Of a DNA stretch of 64,000 bases, positions 1 to 13,099 are shown one piece after another. The translations under genes were made by a program, and so were the position numbers. Source of the DNA: Felis catus (lineage: Eukaryota); NCBI RefSeq assembly GCF_018350175.1, contig NC_058368.1:129892001-129956000 (forward strand), in the 5' to 3' direction. Numbering within the stretch: the first letter of the stretch is position 1; every line of letters starts with the position of its first letter. Under the pieces are notes generated by a model, which did not search any database, had not been told where the DNA came from, and worked only from the letters and a program-made list of their open reading frames with translations.

Positions 1-519
1 ACCTTACTGAATGTTGTGAGGAGTAATAGAGGTAATGATTTTTGTAACTAGTTTCAGCTAATTAAAGCACTCTGTAAATTACCATTTAATGATTAACTTG
101 AGTTCTTATTCTGTTATTATATAAACAGAATAAATCATAAACTTATTTGTACTACAAATTAGCTCTCTATGATTTTGTAAATTCCTCTTTCTCTTCTTCA
201 GCTCACTAAAATTGATGGCTTTTACAGTTTTCTGCTTTCTTCGGAGTACCCCTATTGATGAACTAATTTTATTTAAAAGTAATAGAATAAAATTCCTTCT
301 ATGTTGTCATTACTTTAAGGGACCATTGGACTACTGTATAAATTTAAAATGTGTATGGAATCTCGATGATCTTATTCTTCCTATAATGAAACCTTTTGCT
401 CTTATATCATCTTAGGATTTATTATTATTATTTTTTACCTAATATTTTTCAATTATTCTCCATTGTGGTTAAAAAGATTGAAATACTGTGAAAGTGGAAG
501 AATGATGAAATTGCCAGAG

Positions 520-1040
520 GATGGAGCGGTAGTGAAATTGTCATCCTGTAGTTTTCTTACTGTGTTGTGCATTGCATTCCATCTTTCAAGAAGGAATAAA
601 AGAAGACTGGAAGCACTGTCTTTTTATTGTATCTTCAGCTTTTGTGTAACACATTGAGAATTCAAAATTCATTTTCTGTCCACGTGGCAGAGAAGAAAAT
701 TGACAAGAGAAAGAGGTTTCATAATTTTTACATGAGTCAGAAGATGGATGCTTTCAGACAGACTGAGAGCAGCATTCTAGACCCTAAGTGTGACGGTGAA
801 ATTCTCCAAGTGAAATCTCTTTCTCAGTCTTCAGATAATGATATCCTAGTTAAATGGTCTCAAACTCAAGAATGTATGAATGAAGAATATATCTCTAAGA
901 ACAAAGAGGAAATAACATTCTATTCTAGTCATTTGTAATTAAGGCCTTTATCATGTGGTTATTTTGTGACAAAAAGGTGGACCATCCTGTTTGTTGAAAG
1001 AACATGTGACATCTTGTATGATGTTTATACACCAAAATCT
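520..1040 (+). mobile_element. Degenerate piggyBac-like DNA transposon relic (Looper-like), 5' transposase region
   Basis: ORF 627..938 (...DGEI...SSDNDIL..SQTQE..EEYISKNKEEI) resembles the acidic N-terminus and YISK motif of the Looper/piggyBac transposase as I recall it; disrupted by stops and frameshifts. Confidence 0.6.
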
Positions 1041-1095
1041 ATGGAGCCAGAAAGTCTGGGATTTTTAAATTCTTAAAAATTAAAAAAAAAAACAC

Positions 1096-1266
1096 CTGTT
1101 TATTCATTTTTGAGAGAGTTGGGCGGGAGAGGGAGAGGGAGACGTAGAATCTGAAGCAGGCTCCAGGCTGTCAGCACAGAACCCTACGTGGGGCTCCAAC
1201 TCATAGTCTGCGAGATCATGACCTGAGCTGAAGTCAGTTGCTTAATCAGAGCCACCCGGGCGCCCC
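1096..1266 (-). mobile_element. CanSINE
   Basis: Reverse tRNA-like head ...gagccacccgggcgcccc; gagatcatgacctgagctgaagtc motif. Confidence 0.9.
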
Positions 1267-1943
1267 TTAAAAATTTTAATGAAGTTGTTTTTTACTATCC
1301 CTTTATATATGTAAAATTTTTATATTTCTTAAATACCTATTAACAAATAAGGGTTGTTTAGATTTTTACCAGATGACAAATGGTGATACTTGTCTTATAT
1401 CTGAAAGCTAATATATTTAATTATTATATAATTATATTTAATTCATAATTTAACTATATATTAAAGATAATATTTAATACTTGAACTTCAGAACCTCTCC
1501 TTTCAGTAATTGGTACCATTTCTCCACATACTGCGTACTTACTGGTCCTGAATACTGCTTCTGGTTTCTGGGGTAGAGCAATAAACACAGACAAGTTCCA
1601 GTTCTCAGAGAGTGAACATTGTAGTGGGAGGAGGCACATATTACACAAACAGTATGTCGGGATTATATGAGCTGTGAAGATGGAAAAACAGGAGAATAGA
1701 GATTACTTAGAAATAAAATAATAAATAATGTTTTATTGTAAAGTGATTTAGGTAACTGAAATGAGACTTTGAGAGATGAAATGTTCTATTTTCTTTGAAA
1801 GGTTTGTTTATAATAATAGAATGTTTTTTACTTTATATAATTTTAACTTATTAAAATGATATGGTAAATCTTAATAGTCTTGTAAAAAGTATAAGGGAGA
1901 TGTTTACAACAATAAATTGAGACATTAAAAAAATCTTTCCTAG

Positions 1944-1992
1944 GGTTTTTTACATGGAATATTTGACCGTCTGAAACAATTTCTGGAATGCA
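1944..1992 (+). CDS. IPO11: IPO11 coding exon 1 of window (49 nt): GFLHGIFDRLKQFLEC
   Basis: ctttcctag|GGT ... TGCA|gtaagt; phase 0 to 1. Confidence 0.93.
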
Positions 1993-2323
1993 GTAAGTAC
2001 TTCTTTGACAGTAGATTTTACTTGTAGAATCTTTATTCATGGATTGCTTCTGCTCTGCACTTGGAAATCTGGAGAGAGGCTAAAATCTTGTGTCTTGATG
2101 GTTAATTCTCTGAAGTTAAATTGGAGCTCATCTTTGTCTGATACATCTGTCTTGTCCTGAGTATTGAGGAAACTTTTAAAATTCTGTTTTGTGTCCATTC
2201 TTTGTAGATGCTTTTACTGCTATTGCTCTTTTCCATGGAAACATGGACAACAGTCATATATTTAACAAATATTTATTAAATGTAGCTCCTCTGCCACATG
2301 CTGTTTAGACTTTGTATAGATTC

Positions 2324-2537
2324 TTTTTTTTTTTTTTTAATTTTTTCTTAATGTTCAATTATTTTTGAGAGAGAGTGAGTGAGTGAGCTGGGGAGGGCCA
2401 GAGAAAGGGGGACAGAGGATCTGAAGTGGGCTCCGTGCTAACAGCATTGAGTTCATTATGGGGCTCAAACTCACAAACTGCTACATAATGACCTGAACTG
2501 AACTGAAGTTAGACGCTAAACCGAGTGAGTCACCCAG
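2324..2537 (-). mobile_element. CanSINE
   Basis: Poly-T tail, GA-rich segment, ...gagtcacccag. Confidence 0.85.
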
Positions 2538-2704
2538 TTTTGTCACTCCATTTACTTCCACCCTGATCTTTGCTGTTTCTTTCTTTTCTTTCCTTTCCTT
2601 TTTTTTTTTGGCTGAGATTTTTCTTCTTTACTGATGTAGACGATGTACTCCTATGAGCTTCCCTCTTGTAACAGCTTTTGCTGCATCTCAAAAGTTTTGG
2701 CATT

Positions 2705-2942
2705 GGGGCGCCTGGGTGGCGCAGTCGGTTAAGCGTCCGACTTCAGCCAGGTCACGATCTCGCGGTCCGTGAGTTCGAGCCCCGCGTCAGGCTCTGGGCT
2801 GATGGCTCAGAGCCTGGAGCCTGTTTCCGATTCTGTGTCTCCCTCTCTCTCTGCCCCTCCCCTGTTCATGCTCTGTCTCTCTCTGTCCCCAAAATAAATA
2901 AACGTTGAAAAAAAAATTAAAAAAAAAAAATAAATAAATAAA
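2705..2942 (+). mobile_element. Young felid SINE (SINEC_Fc-like)
   Basis: GGGGCGCCTGGGTGGCGCAGTCGGTTAAGCGTCCGACT head with CpGs intact, (CT)n, AATAAA and A-rich tail. Confidence 0.93.
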
Positions 2943-3907
2943 TTACTACCTTAAGTGGTACTTTAATTTTGCAGATCTCTGGTTCAGAATTTATATTGGC
3001 TTGTCTTTAGGACCCTCTCTAATTCACTACCCCACACAAGAGAATTTAACATCTATATTTCTGTTGTGTTGAGGATAAACACACCTACAGACACAAAATG
3101 CACACCCATGTGCTTGCATGCCCACATACACATGTGTACATCCTGTATATATGTATGTATTTGGAGACTTAATAGGCTGAGAAGATATTTTAGTGTACTC
3201 ACTTTTAGGGAGTTGTTGATTATTTGATGTCAGTCATTTTCAGGAAAAGCATTGTTGAGTCTATTTCTAGACACTGTTTTGGGTATTGTGCATGCGAAGA
3301 TGATTAAGACAACTTACATAAAGTAATTCATTTTAATAAAAGTGGTCATTTTCTTTGGTTACCTTGTGGAGATGCAGAGGGAAGAGTAGGAGTCTTCCCA
3401 GGAGAGACTAACGTAAATGATGAGATGAATAGAAAGAATTTGTTTATAGAGCAGTTAATGGGCTAGTGGACAGTGTTCTGAATGTACAAAATTAATTATG
3501 CCAGGCAAATTATCCAAAGAAAATTGTCAGAAGATCTAGGAAAAATAATGAGTATTTTAATCTTTCAGTACTTCGTTTTTACTTTGCTTGAAAAATATTT
3601 CAACTATAACTAATTTAAATTTTGAGAATATGATAAGCTATTCACAGATTAAAATTGCTACTATCCTTTTCCTTTAACACGGACTTAGTTTGTATTTTAG
3701 GATTAATTTTGTGAACATGGCCCTGCGAATTACTGTGTGTGAAAACTATAAATATTGGTAATGCTTAAGCACAGTACAGGATTTAAGATGCAAAATAGGT
3801 GAAAACATGCCTGACCGTATTTTTCCAGCAAGTTTTGCCATTGTTTTGATTGTGAATTTATGGAGTATTATAAACTCGTACTAATATTTGGATTGTATTT
3901 TTAACAG

Positions 3908-3978
3908 GTAGAAGTATAGGTACAGATAATGTATGTAGAGACAGACTGGAAAAGACCATCATTCTTTTTACTAAAGTG
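3908..3978 (+). CDS. IPO11: IPO11 coding exon 2 (71 nt): (S)RSIGTDNVCRDRLEKTIILFTKV
   Basis: ttttaacag|GT ... GTG|gtaagt; phase 1 to 0. Confidence 0.95.
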
Positions 3979-5844
3979 GTAAGTTTTCTTTTTACCTTAA
4001 GTATGTTTTCTTACATAAAATATACATAACTCAGATTTGATAAGGAAAATGACATAAGCATGCATTCTCACTTTAGTGTAAAGTACCTTATTTTCTGACT
4101 ACAGCAAAGCTAAAAAAAAATGGTATCTTGAAGTATTTAGAATGAATGTAATAATTAAGTTTTATATGCTATATCAGTATAAGTCACTTTGATGAAAAAA
4201 AATAATGAAACAAAACCACAAACCTAATAAATAGTAGAGAGGTTGAGTCTTCTGAATCTTATTATTCTCAAGCCTACTGGATGAAAGCAGAGATAAAGAA
4301 GATAACAGTGTAGCTAATCAGGAAATAGATCATATATAGCAGGCAGTATATTATCAGGAAGTTATTATATTCATAAAGACATTGTCATTAATATCAAACA
4401 CCTTTTGAATAGAATTATATGAGTACACTGTGCTAGGCAATGTGTCTAAATTTCTGATAAAACTAAGTTTTATAGAAACTGATGTTTCTGAAATTTTGGG
4501 CTGAGGATGGTTGGGAGAAGTATATATAGTTGGGTTGTAGCAATCAGGAAGACCTGGTTTGAGAACTGCATTGAACTAAAACAGGTTGTTGAAGACAGCT
4601 GTATGTAAATTTGTAGCCTGTTTTCCCTCTTTCATTAAGTTTTATTAATAGGGTTAAGTTGTCTGTTCCCTGGGAGGGGAGAAAAGAAGTAGAAATGAGC
4701 TGTTCTTATTGCTGTGGTTAAGTAGCAGTTACCTTTGGTTTCAGTTCTCCTTGTTTCCAAGTTATGTTCTAACTAGCCTCAACAGCAAAAGTCTACCTAA
4801 TCTTCCAAGATCCAGTATAAAATTGGCTCAGGTATTTTAAGTTAAAAACAAAAAAATACAAAGCGAAGTAAAATGACATCATGTGATTAGTGGGGCTGTG
4901 TGGTGTTGATGGATAATTTTATTTATAAAGTTTTCATATTTATAATCTCTGACTTGATTAAAACTTTAAAAATTGGAACTTTCAAACATACATCCAAGTA
5001 GAATTGAGTGACTTTGAGTCTCCATGAAGTCATCACTTAGCTTCAGGAATTATGAACTTCTGTTGAAGATTAGTTCTGTTTTATCTCTATGCTTCTCTCT
5101 CCCCTCCTTGCTGGTTTCTTAAAAGCAGATCTCAGATATCATATTAGTATTATCTGTAAATACTTGAATATTTGTCTTTAAGTGATAAGGGGTTTAAAAA
5201 AAGAATGTAACACAATGTAAGAAGTAGGAATGACTTTTTGTTATCATGTAAATATTTAGTCATTATTTTGGTTTTTCTCAAAATTTTTATAGTTCTTTTG
5301 TTTGAATCAGGATTTGATAGTGTCCAAGTTCTCTTTCCATTTTTTTTTTCGTTGCTATTTATTTGTTGAGGTAATAGGTAATTTCCTTGTAGGATTTTCA
5401 TGTTTTGAATTTGGCTTCTTGCATCCTGATATGTTACTTACCATGTTCCTTTGTCTCTCTACCCCTCCTCCTCCAATATTTCTTGTAAATTTGTAGAGGC
5501 TTGATCATATTGAGCTTTATTTCATGGAGGAGGGCGAGGACAGCAAGGATACTCCACGGGTGGTGCTGTGTATATCTTGTATTGCATCACATCAGGAGGT
5601 ACAATGTTGAGTTGTTTAAAATGATGAGGGAGCTCTTTAAAGTTCCCCAGCAGCTTTTCCCCTATTATTTTAGAAGCTGTTCATGATCATGGCCTAGATC
5701 TGTTTTTTGGTAAGGGATTACAGAATGATGACTTTCTATTGTATTTGCATTTATTAGCAGAAATTCTGTGAAGAAGAGATCTGACTCATCAACTTATTTG
5801 ATAAGTTGAATCGAAAATACAATTGATGCAGGAAAGGCAGGATA

Positions 5845-6057
5845 ATTTTATTTTATTTTTTAACATTTATTTATTTTTGAGACAAGAGAGCATGAACAGG
5901 GGAGGGTCAGAGAAAGAGGGAGACACAGAATCTGAAACAGGCTCCAGGCTCTGACCTGTCAGCACAGAGCCCGACGCGGGGCTCGAACCCACGGACCATG
6001 AGATCATGACCTGAGCCGAAGTCAGACCTTTAACCGACTGAGCCACCCAGGCGCCCC
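5845..6057 (-). mobile_element. Felid CanSINE
   Basis: ...ttaaccgactgagccacccaggcgcccc. Confidence 0.92.
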
Positions 6058-6398
6058 TCTTACTACTTTTTAAAGTCTTATCTTTTATATACTTACAATT
6101 TTTGTTTCATATTTACCCATTCTTACTGAATTAACTATGAAGTGGGTCTGTTTTGGACCCTCTAGTAGAAGTAATAGAAATACCTGTCATGAGATATAAT
6201 TTGACATAATCCACATTATATGATATACCCAAAGAAATCAATTACATGTGTATTACGTGCAAAACTGCATGTATGTGGACTCGTGACCAAGGTTCAAAAC
6301 TTTACAAATGTATATTAGCAAGTTATAAGATGTACTTATGGATAATTATATTCCTATATGAATTTGGGGTAAATACACTTTAATTTTTTTCTTTATAG

Positions 6399-6591
6399 CT
6401 TTTGGACTTCTTGGATCAGCATCCGTTTTCATTTACTCCTCTAATTCAGAGATCACTGGAATTTTCTGTAAGCTATGTATTTACAGAAGTTGGTGAAGGC
6501 GTTACATTTGAGCGATTCATTGTTCAATGCATGAATCTTATTAAGATGATTGTAAAAAATTACGCTTATAAGCCATCCAAAAATTTTGAAG
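6399..6591 (+). CDS. IPO11: IPO11 coding exon 3 (193 nt): LLDFLDQHPFSF...YKPSKNFE
   Basis: ctttatag|CTT ... GAAG|gtaatg; overlaps ORF 6402..6626. Confidence 0.96.
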
Positions 6592-7224
6592 GTAATGCCT
6601 TACTGGTAGTTTTTTTTTTTTTTTAATGATTATTATTTCTTTATTTTATATGTGAAATAATTGGTATTTTTATGCATTTTTTTGAAATCTTATTTACATG
6701 AAATAGAGATAAGTGTTAGAGACTTTAGTATGTGAGTGCTAGCTTTAAAGGCCATATAATGCACTTAGTAACTATCTTTGGTAGCACAAAGAGCAGTTGA
6801 AGCCTGCCGGTTTGGGATTAATTACTCCAGTAACCACTGCAGTTAATGTTGTACTTATTTGCACAATTAAATTTTTTCTCTGACTTGATATGAAGTGAGT
6901 TTACTTCTAGACACGGAATTCATTTGTGTGTGTATATACAAGATGAATGAGAAATTATCTTAGAGATGTATGTATATAAGTCACTGCACTGTGGTGTGTT
7001 AATACAGCATGGTAATGTACAGGCTGTAGTGAGAGGATGGCTACAAGATGATGTGTGTGTGGGGCAAATAAGAATTGTCTTTGAAATTTGCCCTTGATAA
7101 AAATGAAAATCCGTACACCACTTGCTCTTTTTCCCCGAGGGTATATTTTTAATTCATTTAAGTTACATAATCCAATTTTGGTCAAATGTTTGTATGATTA
7201 ACTTGGAAATTTTATGTTTTCTAG

Positions 7225-7377
7225 ACAGCAGTCCTGAAACTTTAGAAGCACATAAGATCAAGATGGCATTCTTTACATATCCCACTTTGACAGAGATATG
7301 CAGAAGATTAGTCTCTCATTATTTTCTGTTAACTGAAGAAGAACTGACAATGTGGGAAGAAGACCCAGAAGGCTTTA
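7225..7377 (+). CDS. IPO11: IPO11 coding exon 4 (153 nt): (D)SSPETLEAHKIK...MWEEDPEGF
   Basis: ttttctag|AC ... TTTA|gtaaga; lies within ORF 7122..7427. Confidence 0.96.
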
Positions 7378-8713
7378 GTAAGAATCAGTTTTTCAGTTTT
7401 CCCATGGCTTTTCTCCCCCTTTCCTAAATACATATCGTCTCTTTGAGTGATATATATAGCACTGTATTTTTAATATAAAACTTTTGTTCTGAGAGTCATG
7501 GCTTTTAAAAATTAATATATCCTCTCTTTATTATCCATTGGAACAAAAGCAGAAAATGATTTTTTCAAATATGTGGAGTTTTCTCCAGAGATAGACCTTT
7601 TAAAATTTTTAGATGTTCCTATGAACATATCATATAGTTTAAATCGAAAACACCTCCTGTCTCTATTATCAGGTGTGTGATTCATCCCGTCTTATACTTT
7701 ATTTGTAGAAATTTTTATTTCAAAAATAAATTTGGAAAATTTCTGAATTGCTGAATGGATCACCTATTTAAATTTTAATTTAAAATGAGTCTTTTGATGA
7801 TGAAAATATTTTTCCAGGAGATCTTTTTTATCTGTTTGAATTTTAGTAATAGAATAAATGTATCTGAGTCATTCCTACAGAAAATCAAGAAATCGTCTGC
7901 CTAATAAATAAAGTACCTGGTGTGTGTCTGTAAAGTGCCTATGTGCAAATTACTTCGGCCATGGTCAAACATAGGCTAAATTTTAACCTTTTTTCATCCC
8001 TTTGGGTGACTTTATATAGTTCTGTTCATGTTCCCTAATAATTTAAGAATGCCTTAAACATTTTGATAGACCTCTCCCTCTTTTTGTTATGTAAAAATAA
8101 ATTTATTTCATTTAGAAAATACAGCATTACAGTGTATCCTTTTGTGTTTTTGCTTTTTCTCTTAGCTAAAATCTTCTGTTTCATATTGCTTTCTTTGGGT
8201 AGTATATATAGTAATGTAATATGAATCACTGAATTCCTCTATCTGTGAAAGTCCCCTAAAGTATTTTATTTTTTGAAAATTTGTCTTTAAATATTGGGAA
8301 TTTTTGGAAAATGTGACTATTTTAATTTACAAAACATATTGAAAAAAATTATTGAGATGAAATAATACCAGGATTATAGCTGTTTTTGAATGCTTATACT
8401 ATGTACAATCAGATGATATCAGATACTTTGAAAGTGACAAACATTTTGAGCTTTCCTGCATACAGAATTTTTAATGAAAGTGCAAATGCTATGTCAGCAC
8501 TTGATAGGACACTGATATTCACAGATATGATCTGTAGTTTATAATAAATATGTGTAAGGTGTTGTGTTCCCAAGGATTTGCTTTCAGTAAAATGTTTAAA
8601 ACCACTCATGGAAATAGACTGGTTATTTAAAATCTTGATATTCCAAACCTTGATTTTGGAAACATCATTATTGCATTTCTGGAGAGCATCATTGGTCATA
8701 TTTTTAATTACAG

Positions 8714-8757
8714 CAGTGGAAGAAACAGGGGGAGATTCTTGGAAATACAGTTTGAGG
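8714..8757 (+). CDS. IPO11: IPO11 coding exon 5 (44 nt): (T)VEETGGDSWKYSLR
   Basis: ttacag|CAG (tandem CAGCAG acceptor) ... AGG|gtaagt. Confidence 0.94.
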
Positions 8758-10191
8758 GTAAGTATTGATGGAAAGAAAAATTGACAGGAAAATACTGTCA
8801 ATTTCATGCTTAAAATATTGTGCAAAAATATGCTTAATATTTCTATAAGTCTTAGTAGAGAATGATATTCTATTGATGATTCTAAGCATTAAACTAGACA
8901 AATTGAGAGGAAAGTACTTAATTAAATTATGAATTTTAACCTGAATTTTTTTGTTGTTAAGTTGGGGGTTGGAAACAGAAGTTTTATTTTACAGTCATAC
9001 TGATTGGAAAATAATTGTCATTGAAGAAACAAATGTTTTTGAAAATGAAAACTGTCTTTTTGGCTGGAATGATTTTTTTCCTCTCCTAAGTATTTCAGTA
9101 ATTCTAAAGCTTTTTTTGATACATTATTTCTTATACCACCTGGTGTGATTCTCAGAGACCAGCCCACAGTTTTTAATTTTAGAATGCTTTCTAAGCATGC
9201 ATTATTGGTATGGCCAACATTTGAGAAAATTTTATCAAATGTAGTCTTTGAACTATTTTTTTAATGAAAACTTGTGTTTATATAATTTACATGATTTTTT
9301 AATTTTTCTAAAAATGTAAATGTTTTTAGTTATATAAGATTACATGGAAAACCAGAGAGATTATTAATAAAAAAATTATTAGTGCTTTAAAATTAAAAAA
9401 AAATTAACCACTTTAATTTTTTTAAACTTTGTATCCCAAACTTCATTTATTCGTCAACTCATGGCTAGTCTTGTTTCATATAAGTAAACCCCCAACCCCA
9501 GTTGGATTATTTTAAAGCAAGTATTTGAGGTGACATATCATTTCATTTGTACATGCTTCGGTATGTATAGAAGATTTTTAAAACATAAAGCATACTACCT
9601 TCAAAATGTGTAATTCTTTTATATCAGGAAACATGTAGTGATTCAGTACTTTTAAGAACCAGAAAGAATCATTCTTTTTATATACTTAACTTTGACTTCT
9701 GTTACTGTTTGTGTCTGTTAAAAGGAATACTATTCTGTGTAGTGAATTGAACTCATGAGTTGTGGTTGTTACTTGTTATGTCATTGCTAAGAAAATTTAT
9801 AATTTTTAATGTATTAATTCCTGGGTAGTCCGTTACAGCACTGAATCTGCAAATGAATGTGGCTTCATATTGCTTTTTTAATTTAAGGAGTTGTTAATTA
9901 AAAATGTTATTTTCTCTTTGTAGTTTTACTTTTTGAATACATAATGCTAAATGATTCAAATAGTGAAATAAACTTTTTCTATTTTAGGAATCAAGTTAAA
10001 TTTTGATTCCCCCCCCCCCCCCCGCAGTATATTTATAAACATTGTAATCTGCTTTATGTAAAGATACCAGAAATTGGAAACATTTTTGGAGTTTTAGGAT
10101 TTTAAGAATGGGTATTCTTTTCTTTATTGTAGAATTAATCAGTACAATATACCATTGTTGTCACTGGAAATTTGGTTTTTTTCCTCTCTAG

Positions 10192-10282
10192 CCTTGCACT
10201 GAAGTACTATTTATAGATATATTCCATGAATATAATCAGACTCTTACTCCTGTACTTCTAGAAATGATGCAAACACTTCAAG
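10192..10282 (+). CDS. IPO11: IPO11 coding exon 6 (91 nt): PCTEVLFIDIFHEYNQTLTPVLLEMMQTLQ
   Basis: ttcctctctag|CCT ... CAAG|gtgagg. Confidence 0.95.
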
Positions 10283-10411
10283 GTGAGGTATATTTTATGA
10301 TACTTTATTAATGCATGTTGACTTAAAATAGTTTGAATGCCTGCTATGTGCAATGCACTATTTCCTACACCATATAATAGAAATCTGAGAAAGACCCGAA
10401 TGTGTTCTTTT

Positions 10412-10600
10412 GTTTTTTCTTTTCTTTTTTTTTTTTTTAAAGTTTATTCATTTTGAGAGAGAGAGAGAGAGAGAGAATAGGGGAGAGGCAGAGAGGGAGA
10501 GGGAGAATCTGTGGGGCTCTAATCCACAAACCATGAGATTATGGCCTGAGCCGAAGTTAGGAGTCAGACACTTCACCAATTGAGCCGTCCATGTCTCCCG
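10412..10600 (-). mobile_element. CanSINE
   Basis: T-tail, (GA)n, degenerate head; flanks repeat aatgtgttctttt. Confidence 0.85.
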
Positions 10601-11560
10601 CAATGTGTTCTTTTCTGTTGGATGGCTTTCAGGACAGAGAACAAGAATGGGCAACTGATGAAGGCAACCTTGAGATAGGCATTGAACGTAATAGTTGGAT
10701 TTTGTTCTCATAAACACACTAGCCTCAGAAGCGAAATAGTGCTTTACATGGTCAAGTATATTGGATGGGGAAATAGTCTACCTGGGGCGTGCTGTGGAAA
10801 GCAGTGGGGAAAAAAGATGAGAGTAACAAATGTTAGGCTCAGAATGGTGGTAGTGGGAATGGAAAGAAGGTAACAGATTTAAGAGAGAACGATGATGCGA
10901 AAATTTTGTTATTTGATCTTTGTTTGCAGCTACACAAGTAATTAATTACTTAATTGCGATTTATCATTTTTGACTTCTCTGCTATATAGTAAATTCTGGG
11001 ACGAGGGCACTGATCATATCTGTCTTGTTCACACATTCCCAGTGCCTAGTACACTCAGTAACTGTTGATTGACTTTTGGCACCTAATTGACTACTGAGCA
11101 AGGGAAAGTGATCAGACATGATCCTGAACTTTAGAATCTTAATGACAGGGAGACAGTTGTTAGTAGTGGTTGGAGATAGAGTTTTCCTTTTGGAGTGTGT
11201 GTATAAGGAGGCTTGGGAGAAGAAAAACAAGTTCAAAGACTGAACGCTGAGATTTTCACCTTTAAGCATAGGAAGAGGTGAAGGTCCTACAAAAAAAGCC
11301 AGGTAAAAAACTAATGCAAAGATGTAAGAAACGGTATGGGGGTGAATCCTGGATAGAAGAGCATGTTACTAGAAGTGTCCAGTGATGGAAGAGGCAGAAG
11401 GCAGTAAAATCCCCTGAGACAAAAGATTATTTGAATTGTTGGGGCAGGAATCACATAGTAAGGGATGAAGGATTGAGTAGATGATGATACAAGGAAATAA
11501 CAGCAAGAGAAGCTGCCATAGGGAAGGAGATGCCTGATCTTGTTTGTAGTTGTGCGAGAG
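10600..11560. mobile_element. Ancient L2-like fragments
   Basis: Purine-rich L2-like wording (ggtggtagtgggaatggaaagaagg; tgtcttgttcacacattcccagtgcctagtacac). Confidence 0.45.
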
Positions 11561-12126
11561 TAGCTCACTTCATGCTTTTGTTCTCTCAGAAACCTAATAG
11601 ATAGTTTTTTTCCCTTGGTTTATAATTTAAGCAAGAACACTATCAGTCAGGTTTTGAATTTGAATGTTATTGTATTTTCGTATGGATTGATTTCTAAGGT
11701 ATAGTTATGAACTAAATTCTTAAATTCGATGGTATTTAGACTGCTTAAGTTACTTTTTTTTGTTGAGTTGAGAATGTCATTTCCATTTTCACCCATGCAT
11801 TTATTATTATTTGTTTAAACCACTGTAGTAAAGTGGATAAGTTATTTAGGTTACCCTCTGATAAGTTGTTGGGTGCTTATAAGGTTTTCAGTGATTACAA
11901 AGTTTAGTTTTCTTCCTAGTTGTGGAGCAGTTTGCTTATTTAGGGCTGTATTTATTCCAGCGTATTAGCCTGGTGAGCTTAAGAATTCATACTTAACAGC
12001 AGAAGAGTGCTTTGATAAACTTGTTCAAAATCTTTGTATCCTAGAGCAATAGACTTATTAAGTAAACTGCTTTTCATGGCTTAACCATCACACACTCCTT
12101 TCTGGACAGTAGTGGGAGACTGCCAA

Positions 12127-12338
12127 CTTTTTAAAAAATTTTTTAATGCTTATTTTTTTATTTTGAGAGAGTGGGGGAGGGGCAGGGAGAGCGAGGGGAA
12201 GAGAGAGAATTCCAAGCAGGCGCCATGCTGTCAGTGCAGAGCTCAGTGTGGGGCTTCAGCTCACAAACCATGAGATCATGACCCGAGGTGAAGTCGAGTT
12301 GGATGCTTAACCTTAAGACTGAGCCACCCAGGTGCCCC
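12127..12338 (-). mobile_element. CanSINE with TSD gagactgcca(a/c)cttttt
   Basis: ...gactgagccacccaggtgcccc; duplicated flank. Confidence 0.9.
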
Positions 12339-12493
12339 AGAGACTGCCACCTTTTTATTCTGAAGGTTCTACTTTACATGATGGCTCCCTTTTCTGTTGG
12401 CACTTTTCGTTGTGTTGTCGTCCTTTAATACACTGTAATGATCTGACTTAGTTTTTATATTTCGAGATGCTTGTGTGAATAGCCTGTGCTTGG

Positions 12494-12712
12494 TTTTTTT
12501 TTTTTTTTTAATGTTTATTTTTTTGAGAGAGAGACACATAGAGTATGGGTGGGGGAGGGACAGAGAGAGAGAGGGAGTCACAGAATCTGAAGCAGGCTTC
12601 AGGTTCTGTCTGAGCTGTGAACAGAGCCTGATAGGGGGCTCGAATCCACAAACCGCGAGATCATGACCTAAGCTGAAGTCAGATGCTCAACCACTGAGCC
12701 ACCCAGGTACCC
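12494..12712 (-). mobile_element. CanSINE with TSD tgtgcttg
   Basis: ...ccactgagccacccaggtaccc. Confidence 0.9.
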
Positions 12713-13099
12713 TTGTGCTTGTTCTTTTTAAAAATTTTTCTTTTGTGGGATTCATCTTTGTATTCTTTCTTTTAAGAGGTTTTTTTTTTTAATCAGGGTA
12801 TAATAAGGTATTATGAGCTAGTTAGCAATTTGTGGCATATACTTTGCTAGGATGTTGCTGACATAACATTTTTCAAATATGTTATAATGATTTTTAAAAT
12901 TGAAATAAGGTTTTACATCTTGTACCTGTGTTCTCCATGATGATTACAAAACTTAGGCTTTCCATTTACATGTCCATGTATATTTAATATCATGAAATTT
13001 TTTGTACTTAACTGAAATGGTAAACTAACAAATTGAGTTGAAATCAAATATCTTTTAAAAATTAGTTTGATTTACCCTTGTTAAAACTTATTTTTACAG

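Noticed and set aside
2705..2780. tRNA-like A and B boxes at this and other SINE heads
   Set aside because: They are tRNA-derived SINE heads followed by CT tracts and A-tails, not tRNA genes.
3701..3757. Possible 57-nt cryptic exon (ttttag|GATT...ATTG|gtaatg) with an in-frame TGA, and nearby U12-like words at 3661-3678
   Set aside because: Splice signals are moderate and common in AT-rich introns; the U12-like motifs deviate from consensus and have no partner site.
8409..8825. 138-aa minus-strand ORF overlapping an IPO11 exon, and 131-aa ORF 59567..59962
   Set aside because: No recognisable domain or splice structure; composition is typical of chance ORFs in AT-rich DNA.
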